A DNA stretch of 62,934 nucleotides, filler included, from Octopus bimaculoides (GCF_001194135.2; 12 parts of 11 records of this genome joined end to end with filler, not necessarily neighbours in it), one strand, 5' to 3'. Counted from the first letter of the whole stretch, positions 1 through 12,639 are shown. Notes: generated from the sequence alone by a model not told the origin. Translations and numbers: made by a program.

Positions 1-481
1 ATATATATATATTTATATAAAGGGCATTATTACAGAAAAATAATAACGCCACACAGTGGACTTCTCAAAATAACCACATTTAGTACCTAATGCGAGGAAA
101 AACAACCAACAGAAGACCTATGTACGTATGTACAAACTGAAAGCTGTCACTATCCATGCGATAAGAGTAGGTCTAAAAACCAAATAATCACTGTTCATAG
201 ATTATAACCTTAATTCTCCCAAGAACAGAAGTGCTTATAAATTACTGATCCAAGACATCTAATTGTATGTAGTTGCCAAAGAGATGTGCAGTAAACTTTG
301 GTATCATTGAATAATTGATGAAGGATTCATTAATATGCATTGCTGAGTTAAAATCCTCGCATGAATATAGTTCGGAAGGACCTTTTCCACAGAGCGAAAT
401 GATTAATCATGTTTTGATGGGTGCACCTGGTCAAGGGAGAGTCTAACATTCGTCTCAATAACCTTTGACGGAGACACTCAG

Positions 482-484
<3 letters not shown>

Positions 485-549
<65 letters not shown>
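485..549. repeat. (AC)n microsatellite running into an assembly gap
   Basis: Direct dinucleotide run. Representative of dozens of (AC)n/(AT)n/(GATA)n tracts that border most N gaps. Confidence 0.95.
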
Positions 550-600
550 NNNNNNNNNNNNNNNNNNNNNNNNNNNNNNNNNNNNTCTGTACACTCACCT

Positions 601-633
<33 letters not shown>

Positions 634-3186
634 CCACACACTAGCTTGTCCTTTTCCCCACACGTTCACGCATATTCACTTACAAACTCATGCACAAGCT
701 CACACTCTTACAAATACGCACACATATCCGCGTGACACCCACTTCACAAATTTACCGACGAATATGCATTATTTCAGGTCATTGCAGTTTAGCCTTAGAT
801 GTACTCTGTGAATCAAAGTTGATCTAACCTTAACCAACGCGTTCTTTTCTCGAGCATTACATACTGACCCCATATATTCTTGTGATTAGAGAAAAGGATT
901 ATGTGTTTTAGTGGCTGCTCTTAGTACTCCTATTTAGTCACCAAATCTTTACAATTTCAACATAAGCTTGTTTGATTAATCTTCTGTTAATGCTACGTAA
1001 TCTGATCTCATGGACCCCTCTATAAACACTCTGATCTATTGTTTCTCTTGAGAATTTGAAATGGAATATCACAAAGAGCCTTCCTCTTATTTACTCTTTT
1101 CAACCCACACCGTTACGACCATGCAATGCCTCCTCAGCGCATACACACAACCTTATACGTAGATGATATCACACTCGTTCTTAACTGTTCTTTAGATACT
1201 GCTGCACAACTACTCCAATCCGACATCAGTTACAGTGAAGCACGAGACCAAAACAGCAGACTTTAATCGCACCTACAAAAGTCGGTATTTTACCAGTAAT
1301 ATCAAACAACATAAAAAGCAACTGACTATCATACTCATCAGAATTATCATACCACATGGATACAAGATAAAATACTCTGAGTTACATATAACACCTACAT
1401 AACATTGGCAGCATAGAGAAAATTCAATAAATACAACATAAACGATACGCAAACATACTTAGAGCAATGACATCTCCCACATGTAGCCAATAGAAAGCAA
1501 CAACAATTAAGATGTATAAAGAATACACAAGATCTATCATGAATAATGCTAGACACACTTGGGCTCATAATATTTTTTAGAACAAACCGTACAAAAAACT
1601 ACACAAAACAAAAATAACACATTCTGCATCATTACGTGTTGTACATATACTACATCTTCAGACCATCAACTCAAGAAGCAAGAGTAGAAAAATAATAACA
1701 AAAAACACCCCAGAAAATATCAAAATACGTGAATAGCATGGTTTATTGTAGAAGGACACTTCAAACGTAATAATTTGTGTCACTAGAATAAAAGCCCTCT
1801 CCAAATATCTACACACATATAAAACATTCAAGCGCACAATACTTTTTCCATTCAGCACAAAGATTAAAAAATGCTTCAATTACTGTGCTGGGATGTACAC
1901 CACCGCTGTTAACGTAGACAAAACAACTGTCGCCTCTGGTACCTTATCCGCCTCTTTTGCGATCTTCATCAGTATCTACAACAGTGTATAAATAGACTGG
2001 AGAGTCGAATGAGTGGAGCATGGTCAAATTGGCACACTGCATTTTATACGACTCATCTGTGCAAAGTGGCGTGTCAAGAAGGTTCCTCATTTAGGTGGAA
2101 ATATGGAATACATTGAACAATACATTTGTGGGTTACTTTAAATCTATAGAGAATGTGTCTCCTTGAATGGAGGTGAGCTGTTGTTCCACGAGAAGAGCAA
2201 CTCTGTGGACCTATTTAAACGCAGCTTCATTTGGTGATACAGTAGAGAAATTGTAATATTAATGTTTTTGGAAAACATGGAGGTTACAAATTCACCAAAT
2301 TCTTGCTAACACTTCATAGCATTCTCTACACAACTGTAAAAGAAAATTTTCAATAAAAATATTGAACAAAGTGAATGGTACCGATATGATAATGGTATTA
2401 TTATTCGATTCGAGGGTGAGATTTTCTTAGTAAGATTTGAACACAGAAACGTCTAGCATCTAGTGAGATATGGCAAGGAATCCAAAATAGCACTGTCTTT
2501 GCGCCGATTCACTCGCCCTGGTGACACACAAAAGTAACACATGCACATAACAGAGTTTGCTTTATTTTCAAATCTATTTCCAAATCTACTTCTACGCCAT
2601 AATAATTCATATTATATTTTTCCACATGTTTTTGGTCGTTTAGTTTAAGTTATTCAACCCCAAGGGGGTTGTTGTAATTCTACGCTTAGTTGAATCAAGA
2701 TGGAATCCAAAATCTTGCTTCTTTTACATTTGGATGGGCAAGTTGACGTCTTCTTTTATTCCTTTTTTCTCTTTGACTAATGTATGACCGAAAATCAGCA
2801 TTCCGAAATCACACCACTACACGACACCCGTTGAAGCACTTTTCACTCGAGGCCACTTTAATTAACGCCATTTATTTACAATGTTCTTCAGCTGCCATAT
2901 AATATTATTGACTAATTATTTCAAATACCCCTTTCCAATTGTCGCCTTTTCTCTAATTATTATATTTTATGCTGTCACGTATTCAAATTATTTTTTCATT
3001 GCTATTAGTTCTTGTTATTAATTTTACTTGTGCTTTAAATAAAATTCTATCCTGATTTTTCGCATCCACTGATGTTTTGTAAGGAGTCACACACATACGA
3101 AGCAAGAGAGAATGATTGCTCTCACATAACACAGAAATACTCTTTGTGTACACATTGTACGTACACTAGTATAAAGACAATACACA

Positions 3187-3353
3187 ACTCCATGCTGGAG
3201 CACCGCTTTTAGTCGAGCAAATCGACCCCAGGATTTATTCTTTGTAAGCCTAGTACTTATTCTATCCGTCTCTTTTGCCGAACTGCTAAGTTACGGGGAC
3301 GTAAACACACCAGCATCGGTTGTCAAGCGATGTTGGAGGACAAAACATACACA

Positions 3354-3391
<38 letters not shown>

Positions 3392-3560
3392 TATATACGA
3401 CGGGCTTCTTTCAGTTTCCGTCTACCAAATCCACTCACAAAGCTTTGGTCGACCCGAGGCTATAGTAGAAGACACTTGCCCAAGGTGCCACACAGTGGGA
3501 CCGAACCTGGAACGATGTGGTTCGTAAGCAAGCTACTTACCACACATCACTCCTACACCT
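3187..3560 (-). mobile_element. tRNA-derived SINE, family A (full length)
   Basis: Minus strand starts AGGTGTAGGAGTGATGTGTGGTAAG..CCAGGTTCGGTCCC (A/B-box-like head), then GGATTTGGTAGACGGAAACTGAAAGAAGCCC, an internal (TG)n tract and a GTGCTCCAGCATGG tail. Same layout as 15646-16013. Confidence 0.85.
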
Positions 3561-4440
3561 GTTGTTTATATCTGTCACACATGTATATCATATGTATGTC
3601 GTTTACGGTACTTTATTTCGCTGGAAAATATTATTGTATTGTGATAATATTTATATTTTTTTTATATAAAACGTTTTCACTGATCTCGGTTCTGTTTATG
3701 GCTGGGGCTATTAGTCGAGTATACAGGCATTAATGTAGCAGATATTTTAAATTTAGTCTTTTCGGTAGACCTAGCCGACTAGGACCAATCAGTTTTACGA
3801 TAACTAACGTATTCTGAAAAGTCCGAAACTCTAGTACTAGGTTGTCCATTTCTCTCGTGCTCTTTCTAGAGGTAAGACGAAAATTTCTTATATTCGCTGC
3901 CCGCACACATCTTTGACTCTATATATTCAGTGAAGCTTTACCTAGCGTCGAATGATTATCGTCTGCTATTCCCAGCAAAAATTAGTACCTTGTTGTGCCA
4001 CTATTTCCTATATATATATATATATATATATATATNNNNNNNNNNNNNNNNNNNNNNNNNNNNNNNNNNNNNNNNNNNNNNNNNNNNNNNNNNNNNNNNN
4101 NNNNNNNNNNNNNNNNNNNNNNNNNNNNNNNNNNNNNNNNNNNNNNNNNNNNNNNNNNNNNNNNNNNNNNNNNNNNNNNNNNNNNNNNNNNNNNNNNNNN
4201 NNNNNNNNNNNNNNNNNNNNNNNNNNNNNNNNNNNNNNNNNNNNNNNNNNNNNNNNNNNNNNNNNNNNNNNNNNNNNNNNNNNNNNNNNNNNNNNNNTAT
4301 ATATATATATATATTTCGTTTTTGTATCTGGTTTACAAGATACTTTGTGCGAATTTGTGTGTTGAAACAAATTTTGTTGTGTCTAGGGGGAGTCATTATG
4401 CCAATATTATCAACGCACGCACTAGTCCGATTCTACTCCT

Positions 4441-4683
4441 TTTTTATTAGTCAATTGGTTAAATATCCAGCTAAGTAATCGATTGTTTGTTTGATTTGGT
4501 TAAACAAGAAGTTATTTATTTTGTTTATTTTGTGTTTGTCAAAAGAAGAAAGCCATTGAAAAAATTGCAAGTAGCAACAAAAGAGCTTTGACAAAGAAAA
4601 ACAAAACAAATAATTTATTGCTTAACCAAATTAAACAAACAACTGTTTAGTTAGTTGGATGTTTAAGCATTTGACTAATAATA
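4441..4683. mobile_element. Foldback MITE with ~110-bp imperfect terminal inverted repeats
   Basis: Left TTATTAGTCAATTGGTTAAATATCCAGCTAAG..TTGTTTGTTTGATTTGGTTAA matches the reverse complement of the right end (TTATTAGTCAAATGCTTAAACATCCAACTAAC..TTGTTTGTTTAATTTGGTTAA). Confidence 0.7.
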
Positions 4684-4869
4684 AATGAGTGAAATCGAAC
4701 CAATGTACCTGTTAATAAAATTGGCATAACGACTCTCCTAGACACAGCAGTATCTATTTATCTATCTATCTATCATATACATTTATACTTATAATTTTTC
4801 TTTTTCAGTCCGAGTCTGTGGAAATTCTGGAGCATCACCATTGATGTGAGTATATTTTATTTTATTTCG

Positions 4870-5350
4870 CTTCCACGATCTTCCCTCTGTATTTGGTTCT
4901 GGTGAACCAGTGGAGTAGACGACATCGTCCTTATTTGCATTTCTTGCTCTGATGTGTGTTCATCTGGTATCTCAGGAGAAATTTGTTTGAAGTTTTTTCA
5001 ACACATCTCCCAGGCATTTTTGGAAAAAGCTGTTTGCTCTTGAACCTTAAGCTGTTACAGTACTGGGTCCTGATACTAAATGAATGCAGTGTGGCCACTT
5101 GTACTATGCAGTGGTGTCCAGTTCAGGGATTGGTATGGACTTCAGTCACAAATTTAGGAGCTAGACTCTCCATATATACATACATACATACATACACATG
5201 GAAATCTTCTTGGTGTGATAGCATTGGATTACCTCGAGCTCTGCTGTTAGTTTCACGTTATGTGGCGACTGTAATTGGGAGACTGAGAACAGATGTTCTC
5301 CACAGGACCAAAATGTATTCTTTTTCACTTGCTCTGAATAATATCAGAAT
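4870..5350 (-). mobile_element. Degenerate 3' end of a CR1/L2-group LINE ORF2
   Basis: Frameshifted minus-strand translation gives ..RTQYCNSLRFKSKQLF..IPDEHTSEQEMQIRTMSSTPLVHQ, resembling the C-terminus of CR1-group ORF2 (..NSLGFRGPQLFN..PDEP..AASNSL.HQ). Confidence 0.55.
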
Positions 5351-5582
5351 CTAACCTGCCAGTTGTCTGCACATTGTTTCTATCTTAGTAATATGCATAT
5401 AAAATGATGTATCATGCTAATTTCTAGATCATGTGCTAACAGTGTCTCCGAGATTGCAACACCTTTTGGTCCTGTATATTTTGCTTGTAATATACGGACT
5501 GAAAGCAGAGCCTTTGAAATATTCATACATACAATACATTTGCATATATATAAGTATCTATGTGGGTACATATATGCATATA

Positions 5583-5615
<33 letters not shown>

Positions 5616-6689
5616 NNNNNNNNNNNNNNNNNNNNNNNNNNNNNNNNNNNNNNNNNNNNNNNNNNNNNNNNNNNNNNNNNNNNNNNNNNNNNNNNNNNNN
5701 NNNNNNNNNNNNNNNNNNNNNNNNNNNNNNNNNNNNNNNNNNNNNNNNNNNNNNNNNNNNNNNNNNNNNNNNNNNNNNNNNNNNNNNNNNNNNNNNNNNN
5801 NNNNNNNNNNNNNNNNNNNNNNNNNNNNNNNNNNNNNNNNNNNNNNNNNNNNNNNNNNNNNNNNNNNNNNNNNNNNNNNNNNNNNNNNNNNNNNNNNNNN
5901 NNNNNNNNNNNNNNNNNNNNNNNNNNNNNNNNNNNNNNNNNNNNNNNNNNNNNNNNNNNNNNNNNNNNNNNNNNNNNNNNNNNNNNNNNNNNNNNNNNNN
6001 NNNNNNNNNNNNNNNNNNNNNNNNNNNNNNNNNNNNNNNNNNNNNNNNNNNNNNNNTATATATATATATATATATGCATGTATATATATATATAAACATA
6101 TAGTCTATATTCATATAAAAGAAAATGAAGATTGTGAAGATAATAAAGTGTTTATTATTACCAGCAAATTAATAATCTTCTCTTACAGCTCTTTCAATTA
6201 ATACTCAGTAAATATTAAGTAAATATCAAATTCATATTTATATGTCCTGAGCATATCTTCAGAGGGGAGAAAATATACTCTTGGATGTTTTATGTGTTTA
6301 CGGAAATCCACAAACACATATGCAGCATCCAAGGATATTATGCTCGAGTCATATAAATATAAATTTAATATTTACTTAATATTTACTGAGTATTAATTGA
6401 AACAGCTGTAATAGAAGGCTATTTATTTGCTGTTAATAATAATCAATTATTAACTTCTCAATTTTCTTTTTCTTCTCTAACATATTATACCGATACAATG
6501 TACATTGGTTTATATGTTTCTTTGTTGTAGTTTTTACTAAAGTTAGTGTTTAATCCTATCTATAAATTGATTGATTGAATGTGGTTATTAAGCTTTCACT
6601 TTTATATTATACTACGGAAAACAGTAGGGATTAAAATTTGTGTATGCTTTAATAGATTTGTCGCTGTTTAGTTACGTATTTAAGAGTTG

Positions 6690-7200
6690 GTTGTAATTTA
6701 CTTACAAACAACCTAAGACAGTGAAGAAAATTCTCACCAATGCCAAACTATTCTCTAGAATAAAGGACGCAAGAGTCGTAAAGTGTGGTTGCCCTAATTG
6801 CGGAACATGTCCTCATCTGTTGGAAGGATCGGAATTCCATTTCAGACAAGGATAAACATTCAAAATCAAATCTAACTTCACTTGCGCCTCCCAAAACCTC
6901 ATTTATGTAATCAGATGCTCGGGCTGCCATAGAAACTATATTGGCTCAACAGGAAATTCGATCCGAAAGAGATGTACGGTCCACAGACAACAAATTCCCT
7001 CCCCACAATATCGCCAAATATACCTCAGTCAACATATTGACGAATGTGCAGAACGATTACAACCACAATTTGTAATTTTCCCATTTTATCAACTTGCCTT
7101 CTGGACCTCAACACAAATAAGACTGAATATCCAAAAATATAAATCAGAATTAAATATGAACCCATATTAAAAATAAAGGACTTGCCTCATCTAATGGAAG
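6690..7200 (+). mobile_element. Penelope-like element remnant (GIY-YIG endonuclease)
   Basis: Translates KQPKTVKKILTNAK..VVKCGCPNCGTCPHLLEG..FKIKSNFTCASQNLIYVIRCSGCHRNYIGSTGNSIRKRCTVHRQQI..IFPFYQL, with stops. This is the PLE Cys motif plus IY..YIG..R..H GIY-YIG core. Confidence 0.9.
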
Positions 7201-7436
7201 ATACAAGCCAGACAAAGTAGAGAACACAAACAAACAAACAAAAATTACAGATTTACCTCCCCTTTACTGCAAAATAAATAAGTGAACAATTATCTCCCCT
7301 AGCAATATTTTCTCCTTTGCAATTTATCTTCCAACTCTCAGTTTGATGAGCAATGCGAAACCGGTCCTTGTGGCTCTATTATACTCTTAAATCCTGTAAA
7401 ACAAATCTGTGTCTTTTTCATCTTTTCTCTTCCCCC

Positions 7437-7467
<31 letters not shown>

Positions 7468-7663
7468 CATATACACACATACACACACTCTCTCTCTAAC
7501 ACACACAACTGGAAATAGGGATTCAAAAAATCAAAAAAATATTCACGGTAAGCTCTCCGTAGGGTGTTCGACTATGAAGTAGACAATAATTGTGATTAGG
7601 GTATAAATTAATGTAACTGTATTTCTGAGAAGTCCAGGAATCATAATATTGAAGCGTGTATAA

Positions 7664-7915
7664 TAATTAATCAACTTCAGAAATGAGGGATAAAAATATT
7701 TATTCCATATGTTTAGATGTGTTTCGTTATTAGTATCCAGTTACGTCATCGATGCTAAGGTATCCTACACACATATAAGTATGCTTAATTATAAGTTACT
7801 TATATGTGTGTAAAGCGTTTTAGCGCCGATGATGTAACTGGATAAAGATAACGAAACAGCTGTACCATATGGAATAAATATTTTTAACTCTCACTTCTCC
7901 TGAATTTGAGCAATT
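7664..7915. mobile_element. Hairpin MITE (~250-bp imperfect palindrome)
   Basis: AAAAATATTTATTCCATATG..GTTTCGTTAT..TATCCAGTTAC..TACACACATATAAGTA is mirrored by TACTTATATGTGTGTA..GTAACTGGATA..ATAACGAAAC..CATATGGAATAAATATTTTT. Confidence 0.8.
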
Positions 7916-7951
7916 ATGTGTATGTATATATATATATATATATATGTAAAT

Positions 7952-8110
7952 AGGCGCCGGCATGACTGATGGGTAAGAAATTTGTTTCCAAACCACATAA
8001 TTCCAGGTTCAGTCCCAGTACATGGTGCATTGTGCAGGTGGCTTGCCCTATGGCCTCGGGTCTAATAAGGCAATATGAGTGGATTTAGTAGACGGAAACT
8101 AAAAGAAGCA
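7952..8110 (+). mobile_element. SINE family A, 5' portion
   Basis: AGGCGCCGGCATGACTGATGGGTAAG..CCAGGTTCAGTCCC..GAGTGGATTTAGTAGACGGAAACTAAAAGAAGC, ending at an (AT)n tract. Confidence 0.8.
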
Positions 8111-8449
8111 TATATATATATATATATATAAATGAAAATGCCACTTTAAAAAAAAAATTTGGGTGTTTTAATTAATTTACATTACATGTTTCGTTTTTTT
8201 TTGAAAAACCTTATCAAAAATGAGTATAAAATATGCGAGAAGAGAAGAGGGCTATTAATAAAATAAAATTGAAATTAAAATTAAGAATGACATTCATAGT
8301 TTACTGTTATTTCTTGCATGCGCACGTGGTCCTTTCGTCCTGTTCTGATACTACTATCTGTTTTTGTAAATTAAATAGTGGTCAAGACTTGTTTTCTAGG
8401 AGTGACTGTAGCCATCAAATAACCAGCAGCAGTAATAATAATAATAATT

Positions 8450-8739
8450 AATTCGTTTTATTGGCCACAAGGGCTAATATCAATTAAAGACATATAAGGA
8501 CAAAGACAGGACGAAGGTTACAAAAGGTTTTGTCCGAAAAGGTAGGAAAGTTCGTCTAAACAGAGGAAGAAAACGGAGAAGGATATAATAAATAAATAGA
8601 TAAATAAATAGATAAATAAATAAGTAGAACTCCCAAAGGGGGAGGCGCTTCGAAAAAGGAAAGGTTACACGTGGAAAAACACATAAAACCACGGGAGCCT
8701 GGTCAGAAAAAATAAGAAAGGGGTATAGAGCCCTTTCTC
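8450..8739 (-). mobile_element. Probable 3' UTR of a non-LTR retrotransposon (L1/Tx1-like)
   Basis: Pyrimidine-rich minus strand ending GCCCTTGTGGCCAATAAAACG then an (ATT)n tail, cut by a gap. No coding part visible, so the family is a guess. Confidence 0.3.
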
Positions 8740-9168
8740 NNNNNNNNNNNNNNNNNNNNNNNNNNNNNNNNNNNNNNNNNNNNTTAATTAATTAANNNNN
8801 NNNNNNNNNNNNNNNNNNNNNNNNNNNNNNNNNNNNNNNTATATATATATATATATATATATTGAGTTTCTTGTAGTATGGTCAAAATCAAAATATAACT
8901 CCAAAATTCCAGGTAGAACAAAATAAATAGTTGTGCAACCGTTGCAGCTCACTCTCGCTCTTTCTCTTACTCAATATCAATCAGCTACCTCATGCAGGTG
9001 TTTACCAGACACACACAAACACACACACACACACACAATAACAAGTATGATTGATATAATAAGATACTCTGACAAATATTTGTAAAAATTCAAAACCTTA
9101 TTTTCAAAGTCGATTGTAAAATGCAAACTTTAGAGCAGATTTCTACAAAAGTTTGTGATAATATTTAC

Positions 9169-9228
9169 CTGATCAGCAGACGCATACAACTGAGCCAACA
9201 TTTCTCCACCACTTATAAAATCTTTCAC
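9169..9228 (-). CDS. DNM1: Dynamin exon, GED/stalk: VKDFISGGEMLAQLYASADQ
   Basis: 60-nt phase 0-0 exon, acceptor TTCCAG and donor GTAAAT. Matches fly shibire AKDFINGELLAHLYASGDQ. The symbol denotes the classical dynamin orthologue (DNM1/2/3, shibire). Confidence 0.95.
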
Positions 9229-10061
9229 CTGGAATGAATCAAAACAAAAGACAATTAAAGCAACTTTCTTTTTATTTTTCATCCATTCTTGTATCAGAAA
9301 GAATGTAAATAAAGAAAGACTGAATCCAACAATCTTCCATTCCAACTCCACAACTACTATGATAAATTGTAACACAAGAACAAGGCAAACCATTTACAGG
9401 GAGGGATGCAGTTGATTTAATCATCAATTCTAGTGCTTGACTGGTTCTTCTTTTATCAACCTCAGAATGATGAAAAGCACACATCTTATCTAGCACTCTA
9501 CTGATACTGCTATCCACTGCCCTCACTGCAACCATCTTTGGAAGGTACACCTTAAAAGTTGCACTGTTGAATACCTCCACTTGGTCTTTGAGTAACTTTA
9601 GCATAGTTTTTTTACTCCATTACATATATTCAAACCAAATTCCCAGTTCCCTCTGCACTCATATTTTTCTTGTAGTCATTAACCTACAAAAGTTCAAACT
9701 AAACTTCACTACATCAATCCCAACACCCTGATAGGAGTTCATACAAATGTCATGTAGCTGCACCTCCTCCACTGGCTATCTTATAAACGAAATAAAAATA
9801 ACAACATTGAGACAAAACCACAAATCTAAAGTGGAGAAATATAACCTATTTAACAGACCTCAGTACATGATTGGCATGCATCCTATCAACTGCGAGTTGA
9901 AAGGAAAAGACTTGTTTGGTGGTATTTGAAATCAGAACTGAAAGAACACAGCATGAGGCATTCAATTTAGCCCACTCCCAATCGGCCACTAAACTGTTAT
10001 AATTGTAAGAAATAAATAAATGAAATTAGTGAGTATTATAAGTACCAAAATATATACTTAC

Positions 10062-10208
10062 ATCATTTACTATTAGATGCATAATAGTTTTTGGAACCAA
10101 ATCCCGATGTGTTTTGTAAACTAATCTCATGTAGGAATCTACTAAATTTCTGATAGTCTCCACTTGTCGCTCCAGTTGAGGATCCATGGATGTAGTGTCA
10201 TCTTTTGA
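10062..10208 (-). CDS. DNM1: Dynamin exon, stalk/GED: [49 protein letters not shown]
   Basis: 147-nt phase 0-0 exon, acceptor GTTTTAG and donor GTAAGT. Contains the hallmark [20 protein letters not shown]. Not in the ORF track. Confidence 0.98.
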
Positions 10209-10390
10209 CTAAAACAACAGAAAAATAGCAAATAACAATAAAATGGGTAAAGAAAAAAATTCCATTGTGTAAAGTGATGAACACACCAATTAATTTTGAA
10301 TGTTATTGTTATGAAAAACTAAGGGTAAAATAAATTTAAGATAAAATTTGATAAAAAAAAAATAAGAGGAAAGTAGAGGTATGTACATTC

Positions 10391-12236
10391 AAAGCAGAGA
10401 TCTCAGTCTCCAGCTGGTCCCCTTCGCAATCCCCACACAGGCCAGATTACTGACAATCCCAAAGAATGATGTGCAGAAATTATTGCTGGATGCTATGCAG
10501 GCATCTTTACTGTCGAAAATCCAAATGTTCCATCTCCATCACCTCTGACACCGGACTCTATAACTACTATGAAATTTACACCAGCAATGCTACAACGCCA
10601 CATTAAGAATAAACGTAACTATGCCTCTCCTGGTCTCGATGGTGTTACATACCTACTTCTCAAACGCGGTGGGTGCTTTCTTCTGATCCAACTTTCACTA
10701 TTCTTTCAATTCTGTCTTGACAATGGTGTTACTCCAGAGCAGTGGAAAACTGCCAGTATTATCCCTCTGTTCAAAAAAAGGTGACCGCACATCACCTGTC
10801 AACTATCGCCCCATCAGTCTTACTAGCTGCATCGCCAAACTGATGGAATCTTGTGTCAGAGAAACCCTCTGGAACTTCTGAAAGTCTCACAGCCTCATCC
10901 AGCTGTCACAATTTGGATTATTCCTAACTCCAGCTGCTGTAATCAACTCATCCAGTTTCTTGAGGACATTACCCGAATCACTGATGGCGGCTCCTGGGTG
11001 GATGTTGTTTACCTGGACTTTGCTAAGGCTTTTAGTTCTGTGCCACACAAAAGACTTATGGTGAAACTATCTGCAATGGGTGTAGGAGATGATCTCTATA
11101 ACTGGTTGAAGTCCTTCATTATCAGCCGAAAAGAGGTTGTCACAGTTCTTGGACAGCACTCTTCACCCTATGAGATGACATCTGGTGCACCACAGGGATC
11201 TGTTCTTGGCCCCCTTTTATTTGTTGCATATATTAACGACATAGATGCCAACTTAAAGAATGCTACAGTGCTGAAATATGCAGATGACATCAAGCTGTAC
11301 CTCAAAATAAAGAGGACAGATCCTGTACACTATAGATCTTTATTGCAATCAGACCTGGACACAATGCAGCAATGGATCATGGACCGGCAACTCAAGCTGG
11401 CTGTGGACAAATGTACCACTATGTATTTTTGGAGGAAAAACCCAGCGTCTACTTACTAACTTTCACAACACTAATCTCTAAAAGTCTTTTTGTGAACGTG
11501 ACCTGGGCATTATTGTTGACAGTGATTTGCGTTGGACAAAACACATTGCTAAAATTGCCAAGAAGGCTGAAGGTGTCTTGGCATCACTTACCAAGTTCTT
11601 TGTGAGCCGCTCTCCGGCTACCTATCTGGGGCTTTATATAGCTATGGTGCGGCCTCACCTGGAATTTGCATCACCGGTCTAGAACCCCTATCTTGCTCAG
11701 GATATTTATCGTCTGGAAACCGTTCAGCAAACATACAACCAAGAGAATACCCTCCATCAGGCATTTGCCATATTCTGAACACCTTGCTTCTCTGGGCATG
11801 GATACATTGAAACTCTGACGTCTGGCAACTGACTTGGCAGACACCCATAAAATTATTAACCATCTTACTAACAATAACTTTGACCACCTTTTCAAATTTC
11901 ACCTGTCTAACACCCATGGACATGTTTACAAAATCAGAAAACAGCACAGCTTCCCATGACTTTTGGGAACATTTTTTCATGCTAAGAGTTGCTGAAGTAT
12001 GGAACAAACTGCCGGCATCAGTTGTTAGTTGTCGGAGCACTGCATCCTTCAAAACTTCCATGCTTCCTGAGATTCGCCAACACTACACCTGATTTTCTCC
12101 CCTCCATACACACGCAAGCATGTATCTGGCTCATACACTGTTCACTTCCCAGACATTTGTACATTACTGCATATGCTTTATACACACTTTTGACAAGTTT
12201 TAGTGCACCTGAGCACTGTATACAATAATTTCATTA
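10391..12236 (+). mobile_element. 5'-truncated CR1/L2-clade LINE (RT-domain pseudogene) in a dynamin intron, antisense to the gene
   Basis: ORFs 10569-10784, 10851-11459 and downstream fragments give SPGLDGV, WKTASIIPLFKK, NYRPISLTS, VYLDFAKAF, PQGSVLGPLLF, YADD and WNKLPASVV. Several frameshifts and stops. Confidence 0.95.
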
Positions 12237-12388
12237 TTTTTTTTTTTTTTAAACTGAGATGATATAATTTCTACTTTTCTTTTACTGAACAAAATAACAT
12301 TTTCATAGTAAAATACAAATATAGATAAAACCTAATTTGAATATCTACCTTATTTTCCTTCAAAAAGGTAAAAGAATAAAATGGTTAC

Positions 12389-12515
12389 CTCATCACCCTT
12401 ATCTTGTGCTTTCTCTGGGTAAACACCAGCTCGTAGGAATGATGCCTTCCAACTGTCTATTTCTTCTTGACTTTCAGCAGACAATTCTAGCTGCTTATAA
12501 TCTTTGTACACATTC
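12389..12515 (-). CDS. DNM1: Dynamin exon, C-terminal PH domain: (R)[42 protein letters not shown]
   Basis: 127-nt exon, phase 2 in and phase 0 out, acceptor TTATAG and donor [21 protein letters not shown] is the conserved dynamin PH motif, and the exon splices in frame to 10208. Confidence 0.98.
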
Positions 12516-12639
12516 CTATAATGCAAACAACAAAAGCAATTAAAATATTTTTCTATTAAATGTGAAATTTTTATTAATGAATTACTTTCAGAAAATTTCC
12601 TGAAAAGAAAAACAATTTTTTTAATATTTACTAAGATAA

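Noticed and set aside
3930-6201. Long ORFs containing X runs here and at 31-32, 40-42, 45-48, 50-51 and 58 kb
   Set aside because: Open only because they cross N gaps and (AT)n/(AC)n microsatellites.
8784-8795. TTAATTAATTAA motif recurring ~13 times between N runs
   Set aside because: Always centred in N padding and encodes stops in all six frames: an assembly spacer, not biology.
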